A stretch of DNA of 64,000 nt from Macrostomum lignano. Its lineage: Eukaryota. Positions within the stretch are counted from its first letter, which is position 1; the number at the start of each line of letters is the position of its first letter. The stretch lies in NCBI GenBank assembly GCA_002269645.1, contig NIVC01000677.1, positions 62,001 through 126,000 of the forward strand, given 5' to 3'. Position numbers and translations under genes: made by a program. Below, one piece after another: positions 62,590 to 64,000 of the stretch. The notes under the pieces were generated by a model, which made no database searches, was not told the DNA's origin, and was given only the letters and a program-made list of their open reading frames with translations.

Positions 62590-63259
62590 CTCCGCTTCAT
62601 TGATGACGTCTTCGGCGTGTGGCGGGGCACTGAGGCGGAGCTGGTCCAGTTTCACCAACATTTGGACGCCCTCGACCCGAACATCCGGCTTTAACTGAGC
62701 TACAGCAGTACAAAAGTCAATTTTCTGGACACCACCGTCTAGATACTCATCAGCCAAAGAATCGACTGTAACGCCACGAACGCCGTCTATGCGGTGTTCT
62801 GCCGCTGATGCGACCACACGGTCCACGTCAGCGAGACCGTCAACAGCATCCGCGGTCGCATGCTGGCGCACATCGGCGACATTCGGCACGCCCGCGACAC
62901 TCCAGTGGCGCGCCACTTTACCAGCGGCGGCCACAGTCTGGCGGACTTTGCCTTTACCGGCATCTGGACACGGGAGGGCACAGGGCCCAAGAGCTAACGA
63001 GCGGCGTCAGCGCCAGGAGGCCAAGCTCATCGAGGTCCTGAGGACTCATGTTCCACACGGCGCCAATGAACTTGCCGGCGTACTGCACAACCCGGCCATC
63101 CCGCTGATCCTGCCCCACTGTGCGACCTCCGACGCCCTGGCTGCCAAGGTGAAAGATAGGATGACACGGCACTGCGAGACCCCGGTGCTACCCGCTTACA
63201 CTAAGGGGAGAAGCCTCGGAACTCTGCTCTGCCATAGTCGGCTCGGTCCTGCCAACTAA
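62590..63259 (+). pseudogene. Degenerate Penelope-like retroelement: RT C-terminal fragment and GIY-YIG endonuclease
   Basis: RFIDDVFGVW (YxDD region) ... VNFLDTTV, then after a deletion DCNATNAVYAVFCR*CDHTVHVSET...RMLAHIGDI...PVARHF...RQEAKLIEVLRTHVPHGANE, the typical PLE GIY-YIG pattern; several stops and frameshifts. Confidence 0.85.
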
Positions 63260-63753
63260 CTCCTTTTTTGACGCCAAGGCTCTTTTACTTCTAGTTTCGC
63301 TCTCCTCTGCGATTTTTTTCATTTGGCTTTATTTTGATGATGATTTTTTTCTCTGCTTTTTTATTCTAAGGTTTTTCTGACGCTATACGTTGCGCCTGAC
63401 TCTTTGCAGTGAGCATTTAATAACTTTTTATTTACCTTGCCTATTTATTCTGCCTTTTGCCGAGTCAGTGCCTAAGATTGGAGGTGCCCTCCTCTCTCTC
63501 CCTCCCGATCCCAATCTCTGTGTGTGTCTGTCTGTCTGTCTCTCTCTCCGCTCGCTAACCATGCAAACTATAATTTATTAAAATAGCAAACCCGTTCACT
63601 ACAAATAGGCAAGCTTTCTAACATACGCTCGTAGCAAATAATTCTTAGTCGGGTTACAGCTTTAATCATTAGTCATAATACAGGAAAAAATATTATATAG
63701 CACGCAATCTGCATTACTATAAGTAGCCAACATGCCTAATTATGCCAGGTTTT

Positions 63754-64000
63754 TCCAAACTATACTAAAAATGGTCTGTCTGTGTCTATCTATGTGATCG
63801 ATTAGAGAAAAAACGGCTCAACCGATTTTCTTCGAACTTGCACTGTTCGATCAGAAAATTTTCCGTGACGGTACATGCATCGTGGCTAAGAAATTGCTCA
63901 ATGCTAAAGGGATTAAATATTCGAAAAACATGCTTTTTTGCAAAGGTCAAGCAGCTCTTTTGACTTGAAATGCATTGTAAGAATGCTAGAGAAAAAACTG
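63754..64000 (+). mobile_element. 5' end of another Helitron-like (A/B core) copy, running off the window
   Basis: TCCAAACTATACTAAAAATG + GTCT/TATC microsatellite + AAACGGCTCAACCGATTTT and the TTTGCAAAGGTCAAGC core. Confidence 0.75.

Noticed and set aside
62700-62760. Hammerhead ribozyme core (CTGATGA...GAAA on the minus strand) near the Penelope-like fragment
   Set aside because: No supporting stems found by eye and the site lies within coding remnants; a covariance-model search would be needed.

Overview
Eukaryotic (animal-like, intron-rich) genomic DNA, not a prokaryotic window; most supplied ORFs are reading-frame artefacts of tandem repeats. (1) 1-10,801: ten coding exons of an MBOAT1/2-type lysophospholipid acyltransferase on the minus strand (ATG at 10,801, 3' end beyond the left edge); each expanded intron after intron 1 holds a different minisatellite. 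(2) 11.6-12.8 kb: internally deleted IS630/Tc1-like transposon with ~230-bp TIRs. (3) 13,062-61,190: two outward-pointing chains of non-autonomous Helitron-like elements (5' TC, 3' CCCC-N3-GGGG hairpin + CTAG) joined at exact CTAG|TC junctions, including junctions between different families; they share a 5' core and a tRNA-like A/B-box module, and carry internal minisatellites. One copy's 23-bp minisatellite has expanded to a ~21.8-kb array with higher-order repeats, four copies of a deleted LTR element and a 33-monomer (759-bp) unit; an intact DD34D mariner is nested in another copy. (4) 61.5-64 kb: 16-bp array, degenerate Penelope-like RT/GIY-YIG fragment, start of another Helitron-like copy. 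All coordinates and alignments were read by eye; no database searches were run.
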